Notes: generated by a model not told the origin, from the sequence alone. Positions 21,297 to 30,495 are shown, counted from the stretch's first letter. The stretch is 32,000 nt of DNA from Mycobacterium leprae TN (GCF_000195855.1 NC_002677.1:1890001-1922000), one strand, 5' to 3'. Program-made: numbers and translations.

Positions 21297-22040
21297 TCAC
21301 AATAGTGCTTTTGACGTCCGGGGGGGTAGCGTGACGGCCGCCGATGCCAGTCGTCGGCTAATGCACCGATCTACCAGCGCACCTTGCAGGTAACCGGCCA
21401 CGGCAATCACCCCGTCATGAGGATGCACTTGGGCAGCCGTGGTCGCGCTGAACAGACACAGCTCGTAAAGGCAATAGTAGCCGACATGCATCCTGACTAG
21501 CACCAGCAGTGCACCACTGATCCGGTTGACTAACTGCAAGATTAACCGTAACTAGCTCGACCAATGGCGAACTTGCCATCACGGCCGCGATGGCAAGAAC
21601 CCCGACAACCAAGGTCGGACTCGCCACGTAGACGAGGTAGATCACCACGCTCCCGATGATTAAACCGCCTCGAAGGCCGGCCGGGGGTGACCGCCAAAAA
21701 GGGCCCGATGGTGCACGACAACGAGGCGATCGCATCGCTTACCCCGTAGCCATACGTCTCGACACCATCCGGTGGACGGGCTCGGAGTCCATCACACACC
21801 GAACGAGCGAGGCGTCAGCACCGTTAGCTTTCAACCCGACAGCAACCACACACCGAGAGCGACCAGCACACAACACCGATCGCCACCGTGGCGTATGGCA
21901 AATCAAATAACGTTGCGCCAGCGAGCCCGCAGCTATGGTCAGCGTCCCGAACAATCCGCATACCTTTAAAGCCGAGTACCGTCCTCGACGGTAGCTGCCA
22001 CCGTGCGGCCCAGGACGTTGAGGCTAGCACGCGGCCGGAT
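21297..22040 (-). pseudogene. CcdA/MerT-like integral membrane protein (Rv2877c-like) pseudogene
   Basis: Hydrophobic fragments in at least three frames, including 'GVSDAIASLSCTIGPFLAVT' (CcdA-like Cys/Pro motif) and 'LIIGSVVIYLVYVASPTLVVGVLAIAAVMA'. Adjacent to mpt53, as in M. tuberculosis. Confidence 0.5.
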
Positions 22041-22179
22041 GGTTGCCATCGATCGTTCCCTGTACGGCTGCTCGCGTATCACAAAAAGTTAAGTAGCCAG
22101 CATAGCAAACCCACACGAGTTGAGTGCTGCCACCAATTCGGCGGCAAACACCAAACCGACCAGACCCTGATCCACGAAC

Positions 22180-22700
22180 TTAGGACCTAAGCGTCGCCAC
22201 CGGGGCAGACAAGTTCTGCTGCAACCTCGCCGAGGTGGGATTGTTCACGCAAGTCGAGCTGGGCACGCGCGATATAACACCCACAACCAGCTGCCAGGGC
22301 ATATTGTAACGGACACAGATCGAGCTGTGCTTCCCAATTTAAGTTGGTGCAATTCAGGCCCGGCCTGTTACTTAGAGACGAAGCCCTGCATCGCGCCGAC
22401 AGCCGAGTATGCCGCGATGACCAACGAAGGTGCTTGTTTTGCAATCTCGACCATTACTGGCCTTAAGGCCAGGTAATGGTCGAGATTGCAAAACAAGCAC
22501 CACAGCGTCCAGAACGGATAGCACACCACCGGCTTGCCCTACAGGGAAGCACCATTAACCGGAGCACCGCTGAGGATAGTTCCAGTGAAGTTCAGACTAT
22601 CGTCGGCAGCCACCGCACTGGGTACAGCGGCCAGCCCCAACACCAAGGCACTGGCAAGAACAGCAACTAAATTTCACCGAGGACAACAAGCGAATAGTCG
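22180..22700 (-). pseudogene. mpt53: Secreted DsbE-like thioredoxin-fold protein (Mpt53, Rv2878c-like) pseudogene
   Basis: 'LVAVLASALVLGLAAVPSAVAADDSLNFTGTILSGAPVNGASL*GKPVVCYPFWTLWCLFCN', an inserted 'LDHYLALRPVMVEIAK', then 'QAPSLVIAAYSAVGAMQGFVSK*'. Frameshifted 'LNCTNLN' and 'RYNMPWQ..STCVNNPT' follow. There are in-frame stops, and the palindrome lies at the CxxC site. Confidence 0.75.
22429..22501. repeat. 73-bp quasi-palindrome (36/37-nt arms, one 1-nt bulge) inside mpt53 at the CxxC-coding region
   Basis: 22429-22464 'ggtgcttgttttgcaatctcgaccattactggcctt' against 22465-22501 'aaggccaggtaatggtcgagattgcaaaacaagcacc'. The reverse complement is identical except for one extra g at 22472/22473. 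The centre is 'ggccttaaggcc'. Confidence 0.95.
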
Positions 22701-22726
22701 TGACCCGCCTTATTTGCTGGTTCTAT

Positions 22727-22748
22727 CTCCTAAAGACCTCCTAAAGAC
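22727..22748. repeat. 11-bp tandem duplication 'ctcctaaagac' x2 between the rlmN and mpt53 pseudogenes
   Basis: 22727-22737 and 22738-22748 are identical. On the minus strand each copy reads 'gtctttaggag', so an AGGAG Shine-Dalgarno-like element is duplicated. Confidence 0.9.
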
Positions 22749-22780
22749 GTGACAGCGACAGCTTGGAATCACTGGATCCA

Positions 22781-23874
22781 CTACGTCTCGGTGGCCAGCT
22801 GACCACACCCCGGGCTGATCTCCCGACCTCAGGTGTCTCACACAGCGCAGGAGACTCGGTGCGACCAAACCCGACGGACGAACTCTCGCTCCACCACCTT
22901 AGGGCTGGCGTCCCATTCACTGCCCGAGGTCGGGTTGAACGGGATCAGTTCACATGCACCAACGACCAAAGAATAGGATGCAGCCACCTATCCAGTCAGT
23001 ATGTCGCGGCCCGCCGAGCTTGGTAGCTGACATCACGACTGAAGGAGTATTCAGCCGATACCCGCCAACCAGTCACTCCGGTATAGTAGTTGACGGTATC
23101 AAGTACCTCGCTGATCTTCCATCGGTTGTTGATCGGAACCAGGGTGTCACGCGGCTCGTCGTCGGGCACATACAGCGGCAACGCCAGAGTTACCCTGAGC
23201 CGTTCGTCGGCTAACTTGCGGATAGCCGGTGCCAGCCTACGGTGTACACCGTCACCGATCGGGGCTAGATTCCTAAGCCAAACGGTCCGGTGATGCGCCG
23301 CACCGCGGCCAACATCCTCACGTAGTGAGCCAGCGGCTCTCCCATACCCAGAAAGACCACGTTCGACAGTCGATCACCGAAGTCGTCACGCAACACCGCA
23401 GCAATAGCACGCACCTACTCGAGGATCTCCGCTGACGACAAGTTGCGACTCAATCCGCCCTAGCCAGTGACACAGAACAGACAGGCCATGCCTCAGCCTA
23501 CCTGCGACGAAATACACAGCGTATTGTGCAGCGGATAACGCATCAGCACCGATTCGAAAGTGCGGCCATCGAAGACCCGCCACCACCATCTTCCGACGTC
23601 TAGTCGGTATCACAGGTCACTGCGGCCACCGCAGTGAGCAATGTCGGGAACATAGTGTCGGCAATCGAATCGCGAACGGCCGCCGGGAGATCGGATCTGG
23701 CACGGATCCAGCTAGCAGCCGGCCGTAGTACTTGCGTGGGACAAGCTGCTTGGCCCGGAAAGCCAGCAGGCTCAGCTCCGCCATGGCCGATGTGAGACCG
23801 ACCGCGTCGAGGTCGGCCAAGTGCCACGGCAGTCGGCCTGGACACGGCTCAGAGAACACCAACTCTTGGGCCAT
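22781..23874 (-). pseudogene. rlmN: Radical-SAM 23S rRNA/tRNA A2503 methyltransferase RlmN (Rv2879c/Rv2880c-like) pseudogene
   Basis: '[55 protein letters not shown]', then in other frames '[15 protein letters not shown]' and '[44 protein letters not shown]'. The C-terminus reads 'QLATET*'. The 1094-nt span is not a multiple of 3, and there are several stops. Confidence 0.85.
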
Positions 23875-23896
23875 AATCTGTCCGGTACCAGCCTTG

Positions 23897-24835
23897 TCAG
23901 GGCAGCAACGTAAGCATGGTCCAAGCTACAACCGCCGACGGCAGCACACCATCAAGCCGGTCCATCAGGCCACCGTGGCCGGGTAGCAGCCGGCCCATAT
24001 CTTTGATGCCGAGGTCGCGCTTAACTTGGGACTCCACCAAATCCCCCAGCGTGCAGGTGAGCACCAGTACAAAACTGAGCAAAGCCCCAACCCACGGTGT
24101 TTTGCCAGCCAGGAAGGTAGCAGTCAGGATGGTTGCGGTGGTCCCGCAGACCAGCGAACCGGCGAATCCCTCCCAGGACTTATTCGGGCTAATCCTTGGA
24201 ACCAGTGGATGTTTGCCGAAAAGTACCCCTACTGTGTAACCACCCACATCGGAAGCTACCACCGCAATCATCAGGCAGAATACCCGGCCCGCACCATCCT
24301 TCGGATAAACCAGCAATGCTGCGAACGAGGCAAACAACGGGACCCACGCGGCCAAAAAAACGGTGGCCGACGCGTCCCGCAGGTAATTTGACACCGGCGG
24401 ACCTGCCAAAGCTTCCCGAGATTCGTGCTGCTTGCTGTTGTCGTGCATGACAAGCCGCCAAATCATGCAGACCACCACCGTCGCACCGAAGCCAGCCAAT
24501 GCACCAACGGTGCGATACGGCCAAGTTAACCAGACGGTGAACTGCCCACCGATGAGCAGCGGGATAGCCGGAATCACATATCCAGCTTCCCGTAGCCGCC
24601 GCACCACCTCATGGCTAGCAACGAAAATGGCGCCAGCGCACAAGACAACCCAGATTCGCGGAGCAAACACCAGCGTTGCGACGAGAACACCACCAATACT
24701 TAAGCCCACCGCGATCGCGGCGGGCAGATTACGTCCCGCCCGGGGGGTATTCTTAGTCGATTGCCGCATAGCCCTCTTGATCCCAGGCACCGACTCGTCA
24801 AGCGGGGTGCCTGTGCCGGGATCGGTGGAAGCCAC
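23897..24835 (-). CDS. cdsA: Phosphatidate cytidylyltransferase (CDP-diglyceride synthase, CdsA)
   Basis: Intact ORF with multiple TM helices. CDS signature '[28 protein letters not shown]'. The longest ORF (to 24913) overlaps frr. The GTG at 24835 ('VASTDPGTG..', 312 aa) fits the mycobacterial N-terminus. Confidence 0.9.
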   Translation of the reverse strand: MASTDPGTGTPLDESVPGIKRAMRQSTKNTPRAGRNLPAAIAVGLSIGGVLVATLVFAPRIWVVLCAGAIFVASHEVVRRLREAGYVIPAIPLLIGGQFTVWLTWPYRTVGALAGFGATVVVCMIWRLVMHDNSKQHESREALAGPPVSNYLRDASATVFLAAWVPLFASFAALLVYPKDGAGRVFCLMIAVVASDVGGYTVGVLFGKHPLVPRISPNKSWEGFAGSLVCGTTATILTATFLAGKTPWVGALLSFVLVLTCTLGDLVESQVKRDLGIKDMGRLLPGHGGLMDRLDGVLPSAVVAWTMLTLLP

Positions 24836-24866
24836 GGACCTGAATGAATTAGCTGCTGAACGGCCG

Positions 24867-25424
24867 CTAGACCTCCAGCAGCTCACCTTCTTTGTGCTTG
24901 ACCAGTTCGTCAATCTGGATAACGTACTGGTGGGTGGTCTTATCTAGGTCCTTTTCCGCCCGGCTGACCTCATCTTCGCCTGCCTCGCCATCTTTACGAA
25001 TGCGATGCAGTTCCTCCATCACTTTGCGACGGATGTTGCGTACCGAGACTTTGGCGTCCTCCCCCTTGCACTTGGCCTGTTTGACCAACTCCCGCCGACG
25101 TTCCTCGGTTAGCTGCGGTACGGCTACCCGGATCAAGGTACCGTCGTTACTAGGGTTCACCCCGAGGTCGGAGTTACGAATAGCAGTTTCAATGGCATGC
25201 AGCTGAATGGCGTCATACGGCTTGATGACAACAAGCCTCGCCTCAGGTACATTAATGCTGGCCAGCTGGGTGATCGGGGTGGCCGAGCCATAATAATCAA
25301 TGACGAGTCGAGAGAACATACCTGGATTGGCGCGGCCGGTCCGAATCATCGACAAATCTTCACGCGCCACCGAAACAGCCTTCTCCATTTTCTCTTCTGC
25401 ATCGAAAAGAGCTTCATCGATCAT
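24867..25424 (-). CDS. frr: Ribosome recycling factor
   Basis: Intact 185-aa ORF. '[37 protein letters not shown]', 'LGVNPSNDG', '[18 protein letters not shown]'. Confidence 0.97.
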   Translation of the reverse strand: MIDEALFDAEEKMEKAVSVAREDLSMIRTGRANPGMFSRLVIDYYGSATPITQLASINVPEARLVVIKPYDAIQLHAIETAIRNSDLGVNPSNDGTLIRVAVPQLTEERRRELVKQAKCKGEDAKVSVRNIRRKVMEELHRIRKDGEAGEDEVSRAEKDLDKTTHQYVIQIDELVKHKEGELLEV

Positions 25425-25482
25425 TCGCGCCGTTCCTCCTCATCGCTGCGCTCTGCATCGTCACCGGCGCGGCGTCTTTGCC

Positions 25483-26322
25483 TTAAGTGGTAACCAACGT
25501 CCCGATCTTCTCACCAGCGACCGCACGGGCGATATTGCCATTGGTCAGCAGATTGAACACCAGGATCGGCATGCCATTGTCCATACAAAGACTGAACGCT
25601 GTGGCATCAGCTACCCGAAGCCCACGGTCGATTACTTCGCGGTGACTGATCGCGGTGAGTAGCTCGGCCTCCGGGTTGACCCGCGGATCCTCGACGAACA
25701 CACCGTCGACCGCCTTGGCCATCAACACAACGTCCGCGCCGATCTCCAGTGCCCGCTGCGCTGCCGTGGTATCAGTGGAGAAGTACGGAAGCCCCATGCC
25801 TGCACCGAAAATTACCACCCGGCCCTTCTCTAAGTGGCGGACAGCCCGCAAAGGAAGATAAGGCTCAGCCACCTGGCCCATGGTGATCGCAGTTTGAACT
25901 CGGGTGGCGATGCCTTCTTTTTCCAGGAAGTCCTGCAGTGCAAGGCTGTTCATCACAGTACCGAGCATGCCCATGTAATCCGAACGCGTGCGCTCCATCC
26001 CACGCTGTTGCAATTGTGCGCCGCGGAAAAAGTTGCCACCGCCGATCACGACAGCGACCTGCACGCCGCCGCGGACCACCTCGGCGATCTGGCGGGCCAC
26101 CTGCGCCACAACATCGAGATCCAGCCCTACCTGGCCTCCACCGAACATTTCTCCGCCAAGTTTAAGCAGCACCCTCGAATACTTAGACCGATGCCCCGGG
26201 TTACCAGCATGGTTGAGCCGTTCTCCACGGCCCGCTGCAGCAGCCGACACACCATTGGCGCTCATCAGCTGTGGCTTGGGAACCGCCGAGCCGGCGACTT
26301 GAGACTCCCAGGACTCCGTCAT
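25483..26322 (-). CDS. pyrH: Uridylate (UMP) kinase
   Basis: Intact ORF. '[13 protein letters not shown]', '[11 protein letters not shown]', '[17 protein letters not shown]', '[26 protein letters not shown]'. The ATG at 26322 ('MTESWESQ') is preferred over the longest-ORF start at 26406. Confidence 0.95.
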   Translation of the reverse strand: MTESWESQVAGSAVPKPQLMSANGVSAAAAGRGERLNHAGNPGHRSKYSRVLLKLGGEMFGGGQVGLDLDVVAQVARQIAEVVRGGVQVAVVIGGGNFFRGAQLQQRGMERTRSDYMGMLGTVMNSLALQDFLEKEGIATRVQTAITMGQVAEPYLPLRAVRHLEKGRVVIFGAGMGLPYFSTDTTAAQRALEIGADVVLMAKAVDGVFVEDPRVNPEAELLTAISHREVIDRGLRVADATAFSLCMDNGMPILVFNLLTNGNIARAVAGEKIGTLVTT

Positions 26323-26606
26323 CAGACTCCTCGCATGACAATTGCCACCCCGGGCCACCATCCGGAACGGCATTTGACATCCTGCCCCATCACCACACTC
26401 AAGCATGAACGGGGTGCATTATCTGCACAATTGCCAACCTATGCCAACGTCGTTCGTCTAGGGACAAGCCAACCCACAACAGCCAACTTTGCGGTTAGCA
26501 TCAGATGTTTGGGTGTCGCCCGGTATGGGAACCCGCTGCAACGCGGCGCAGAATCCATGGTCTTAAGAATGAGAGCCGTGAAGCGCCGTATAAGCCGTAG
26601 AACGGG

Positions 26607-26650
26607 AACGATCGACACCTCGATAGAGAACGATCGACACCTCGATAGAG
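26607..26650. repeat. Perfect 22-bp tandem duplication (2 copies) in the spacer upstream of pyrH
   Basis: 26607-26628 and 26629-26650 are both 'aacgatcgacacctcgatagag'. Read directly from the sequence. Confidence 0.97.
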
Positions 26651-26697
26651 ATTGAATGTGACTAGCCCGAACCGCACGTCGGTTGAGAAGAAAAACC

Positions 26698-26940
26698 ATG
26701 GCGGATGTCACCAACACGTTAGCTACTGAAGCTGTCAAGGCATTGACATCTATACCAAAGGCAAGTTCAAGGAGGCCGTAGCTATGGGCGGGTTACGACG
26801 ACATCACTATCACTCGCGAGGACCAGGCTCAGCAAGACAAGGCGCAGGCACTACACAACGCGGCGAAAAAGAAAGCCGAAGCAGCGGCCGCCTGTGGCAG
26901 CGTCAAGGCAGCCGAGCGTGACCGCAGTCCCACCAAATAG
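26698..26940 (+). pseudogene. CsbD-like small stress protein, frameshifted
   Basis: The ATG at 26698 gives 'MADVTNTLATEAVKALTSI..' and stops early. The next frame reads 'TKGKFKEAVA' (the CsbD motif KGKxKEAxG). A third continues 'DDITITREDQAQQDKAQALHNAAKKKAEAAAA..' to the TAG at 26938-26940. Confidence 0.45.
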
Positions 26941-26951
26941 CTTGACGGAAG

Positions 26952-26985
26952 GATGGGTCCTGCCCGAAAACGGGGCGGACCCATC
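26952..26985 (+). terminator. Stem-loop, terminator-like, after the CsbD-like remnant
   Basis: 'gatgggtcc-t-gccc gaaaacg gggc ggacccatc' forms a 13-bp GC-rich stem with one bulge and a 7-nt loop, followed by the weakly T-rich 'gactttct'. Confidence 0.5.
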
Positions 26986-27166
26986 GACTTTCTACCAGCT
27001 TGAACAAATGTCCGAAAAAGCGAGTTCAGCTCACCACGCTAGGCGCCGAACACGTTAAACCAAACTTGGAGTAATTCTACTGTAACTGGGTAACCTACGC
27101 TGCATTAGTAGAAACCTCCTCAAAGACACCTACAGACCAGAGCTAAATAGCATACACTAATGGAGT

Positions 27167-27850
27167 TTGGATATGGCTACGATATATGTTACTACTTTTT
27201 CGGGTAAGGACGAATTCGAATCGATCGAACCTACACTGAACTCGTTCGCGCAAACCATCCACCAAGCATCCCTGACTGAACGCTTCACCAGGGACGACTA
27301 CGGCGACGACGTCGCGGTCATATACGCCCGCAACAAGTTGGCGGTGGCTCGCCGGGTGTACCGGCCTGCTGATGGGTCATGCGCTAATTGTGGCGGGTGG
27401 TAGCGACCGTGACCCTAGCTAACTTCATGCCCGTTGACGTCGATTGGCATTTCGACGATGCGCTGCTGCCTGCGGCCAGTGCGACCGAGTTGCAGGCACG
27501 TCTGCGGCTCGCGGCCACACGTCGTCGCAGTGCCCTGGATTGCACGCTGAAATTTTGGTGATCTCGTCCTTCACCCAACCAATTACAGCGGAACACTGTA
27601 AGGTAAGGATTCGGTCCTGATTACTCATCGAATTTAAATTATTGAATATCCTTGCGCAGCATCCCGATCGGTCATTGACCCGTACCCGGCTGATGCATGA
27701 AATATGGAGCTATGACTGCAACGATCGTATTCGTACAGTAGGCGTTCATGTGCGACGACTGCAAGCTAAGCTTGGAGTCGAGCACGAATCGATGGTTACC
27801 ACCGTTCACGGTGTGGGCTATATGGCCGATGATACCTCCGCAACCGCAAT
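27167..27850 (+). pseudogene. OmpR/PhoB-family response-regulator-like transcription factor (Rv2884-like) pseudogene
   Basis: C-terminal winged helix '[57 protein letters not shown]'. Upstream, in another frame, 'PVDVDWHFDDALLPAASATELQARLRLAATRR' (the receiver alpha5 'GADDYLxKPFxxxEL' region, degraded). Stops lie between the pieces. Confidence 0.65.
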
Positions 27851-28776
27851 GGATTATCCGCGAACCGATGCAGAGTATCGTCTGGACATCGACGCCGCAC
27901 TGGAGCTTGATCGCTCGATAGATTTGTTCCCGCAAACACTTTGACGAACCCGGATGCGGCACAGACAGTGCATAACCGGTCCAGCTGTGCGGCAGCGAAT
28001 TAGGCTCGGTGACTGATCGGGCGCTAGGCTTTTAGGGGACCCGTTCTTTGTCCAGACGAGTATGTCCTGCATGCCATCGTTGTATACAACGTTCATTCGG
28101 GGATGCACCCAATCAAGTCGAAATAAATCTTCACCGTTCGCTTAGCCACCCTGGTTAATCGGCGCGGGACTAAGACCGTCGGGCGTAGACAAGGCGCTGA
28201 TCACTCAAGGTCCGATCGTCGTTAGTCCGCACATTGAAGTCGGAAACAACGGAAGTGACTAGGCCATTGGTCACTCGCGCATCCTATGTCGTCCTGCCAA
28301 AGCTGTCCTTGCAGCGTGTAAGCCAGGGAGAGATGACGTTGCTGGCAGTAGGTTGCTGACGGTAAAAGATAGTTACGAGCGGGCCGTCAACCAGCGTTTC
28401 GCTGGCGTCAAAGCTCCGAGTTACGATAATTTCGGCAGTAGCCACCGTAGTGAAACCACCGAAAGCTGCAATCCTGGCCGCTCCGGCCGCCAATTTAATG
28501 GCTGCCTTCGTAAGATAAGAATAGTCGTGAACTTCATTCAAACACCTCTCAGTTGAATCGCTCGAGCAATTCTTTCCAACAATTATTACCCCCCTCGCAC
28601 GAGCGACCACCTAACCGTAACGTCCATTACCATTTCCGGTAGAACTCAAACATCAATCCGCTGATGGAATGAGGGGGATATCGGCTCCTTGTGTCTCGTT
28701 CCAGGCACACATGCTCAGGATTAGCTTGCCAGGATTCCTTGGAAGGCGAGCCAAATTAATGCGTAAACGTTGACAT

Positions 28777-30353
28777 TTAACATACCAGCTCCTTCGACAA
28801 AAACACCGCTGGGCTGATGATGGACCCGGCCGGCACAGCCGCCAAGACGAACACCGTCATGTACGCCTGTGAGAGGTCATACAGCACGTTGCTGGTGAAG
28901 TTGAGTGCAAAAGTTGGCCACAGCATGGTGGACGGGGAGACTGGCACGACACGCTTAGCAGTGTTAGTTTGCAACGCTGCCAATTTGTATGCAGCAGAGG
29001 TATTTTCGCTGCGGTTGAACTGGTTGGTGAGAAGCATAGACATCAGCGTGGCACCCAGTGGCCTGCTGGTTTACGCTAATTAGCGTCGAGCGCCGCGTGA
29101 CCTGATGTGGGACCAAGGTCTGCACCGCCGCCCAAGTGAGGGAGTCCATACCCATGAACGCAAGCCCTATAGCAAGGTCGGTAAGTAGTCTAGGCTTGCC
29201 CGGCGGATCCGTAGGCTATCATGGCCAGGTGCTCGCCAATCAGCGTTATGCAGTACCAGCACGACCTTACGGGGGCCGTATTTGCCCATGACGGCTCTGG
29301 CGAGGGACATGGCCGCTAGCCTACACGCATTCCTACCGAATCAAGTACACACCGGACTGTGGTAGGTGTTTGGCGTTCCACCTGTTGCAACAAATAGCTA
29401 GAGATGAGCAACAGGATGTTGAAAAGGTTTACAGTGAGCAATACCAACTCCGAGTTGGCAAGCATCACCACACGGTTCTTGAACAGCCGTACGTCGATCA
29501 GCGAATGATCGGCGCGACAGTAATAGAGTTGAAAACGAATCCGGTGATCAACGCCAGACCGATGCCCTACGGTATCCACACGCGGGGATCAGCCATTGAA
29601 CCGTGACTCGGAATAGATGACACTCCGTAAAGGAACATCGCCAAGCTGAACAACAGCAGCATGCCTATAAAGGCAAACGGTGCCGATAGCATCGAATGCT
29701 CCTTTGGAACAACAACGCCGCCAAGAAGAACGCGGTCGAGTCGATCTGCAGGTTGATCCAGAAGATCCACTGCCAGCTGTAGGTGTAGATCAACCAGCCG
29801 TCCAGTACCGTGAACTCCAACCGGACCGATCAACACCGGTATGCTCATCAACCCATTAAGCGGACCCAATCGACTAGGACCGATGTTTCTGGTCAACATG
29901 GCTAGGGGAAGCGGAATCAGAATCCCACTGACGAGTCTCTGAACTATTAGAAATATGAAAATATGAAATGAGTGCAAAGATATTTGACGAGGTGAGGCAC
30001 AGCAATGAGCCCAGTGTGAATACGAGGACAGACCCCATGAATAGTTGCTGGAACCTAATCGGTCAGCAACTCAACCTGCCCATGGGATCATGGCGGCCCG
30101 CGCAAGTGTGTAACCGGTCATCGTCCAGGCAACGGCAGCCTGCGTGGACTCGAACACGCAAATGTAAGGTGCACTGTGCAACGCTGACAACCATGGTGTC
30201 GAGGTTCGACAGGAATAAAACCAACACACACACCGACGATCCGGAGCAGCCCGGCGTCCAGCTTGCTGGATAGCTATATTCTCCGACATCTGACTGTTTG
30301 ATGCCGGTGGCGGTTAGCGAGCCGAAGGTTGCTGCAGGATGCGCCTTCTCCAT
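28777..30353 (-). pseudogene. MFS drug-efflux transporter (DHA2/EmrB-QacA-like) pseudogene
   Basis: 'LFLSNLDTMVVSVA' and 'QAAVAWTMTGYTLARAAMIPWAG*VADRLG' (TM1-TM2 motifs), 'IPLPLAMLTRNIGPSRLGPLNGLMSIPVLIGPV', and hydrophobic C-terminal fragments. They lie in several frames with stops. Confidence 0.65.
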
Positions 30354-30438
30354 AGCCCTGCTGGGGATATCGACCCCACGACCGGCGTGCACCCAAGGAC
30401 ACAATCTCGCCTCAAAATGTTGAGGTAACGCAAAAAAT

Positions 30439-30495
30439 GCGTCAACACACCGGATATATGTCAACATTGTTGACATATATCCGGTGTGTTGACGC
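30439..30495. promoter_or_regulatory. Perfect 57-bp palindrome (28-nt arms, 1-nt centre) in the divergent MFS/MarR promoter region; candidate operator
   Basis: 'gcgtcaacacaccggatatatgtcaaca t tgttgacatatatccggtgtgttgacgc'. It holds four GTCAACA/TGTTGAC heptamers (30441-47, 30460-66, 30468-74, 30487-93) and two ATATAT tracts. It lies 86 nt from the MFS ATG and overlaps the MarR ORF start. Confidence 0.6.

Noticed and set aside
26323-26406. N-terminal extensions of the longest ORFs for pyrH (to 26406), cdsA (to 24913), ispG (to 16963) and the amidotransferase (to 9852)
   Set aside because: The extensions are not similar to the mycobacterial N-termini I recall. They overlap upstream genes or remnants, and better-placed internal ATG/GTG starts exist. 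The shorter models are preferred, but they are unverified.
26607-26650. Possibility that the 22-bp direct repeats (here and at 16949-16992) are a CRISPR array
   Set aside because: Each locus has only two directly abutting copies with no spacers. The two loci are unrelated in sequence, and there are no cas genes in the window.
25834-26655. 273-aa plus-strand ORF antisense to pyrH, with nested ORFs at 25938..26165 and 25988..26302
   Set aside because: It is the mirror frame of a strongly supported pyrH CDS. The sequence is arginine/proline/histidine-rich with no domain signature, so it is a spurious long ORF.
220-30495. Possibility that the long palindromes are termini or relics of a MITE/IS element or a known dispersed leprosy repeat (RLEP, REPLEP, LEPREP, LEPRPT)
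   Set aside because: No transposase-like ORF occurs anywhere in the window, and I could see no target-site duplications. The three palindromes share no sequence. For two of them the arms are themselves host coding sequence. I did not recognise RLEP-type sequence, but that rests on memory only.
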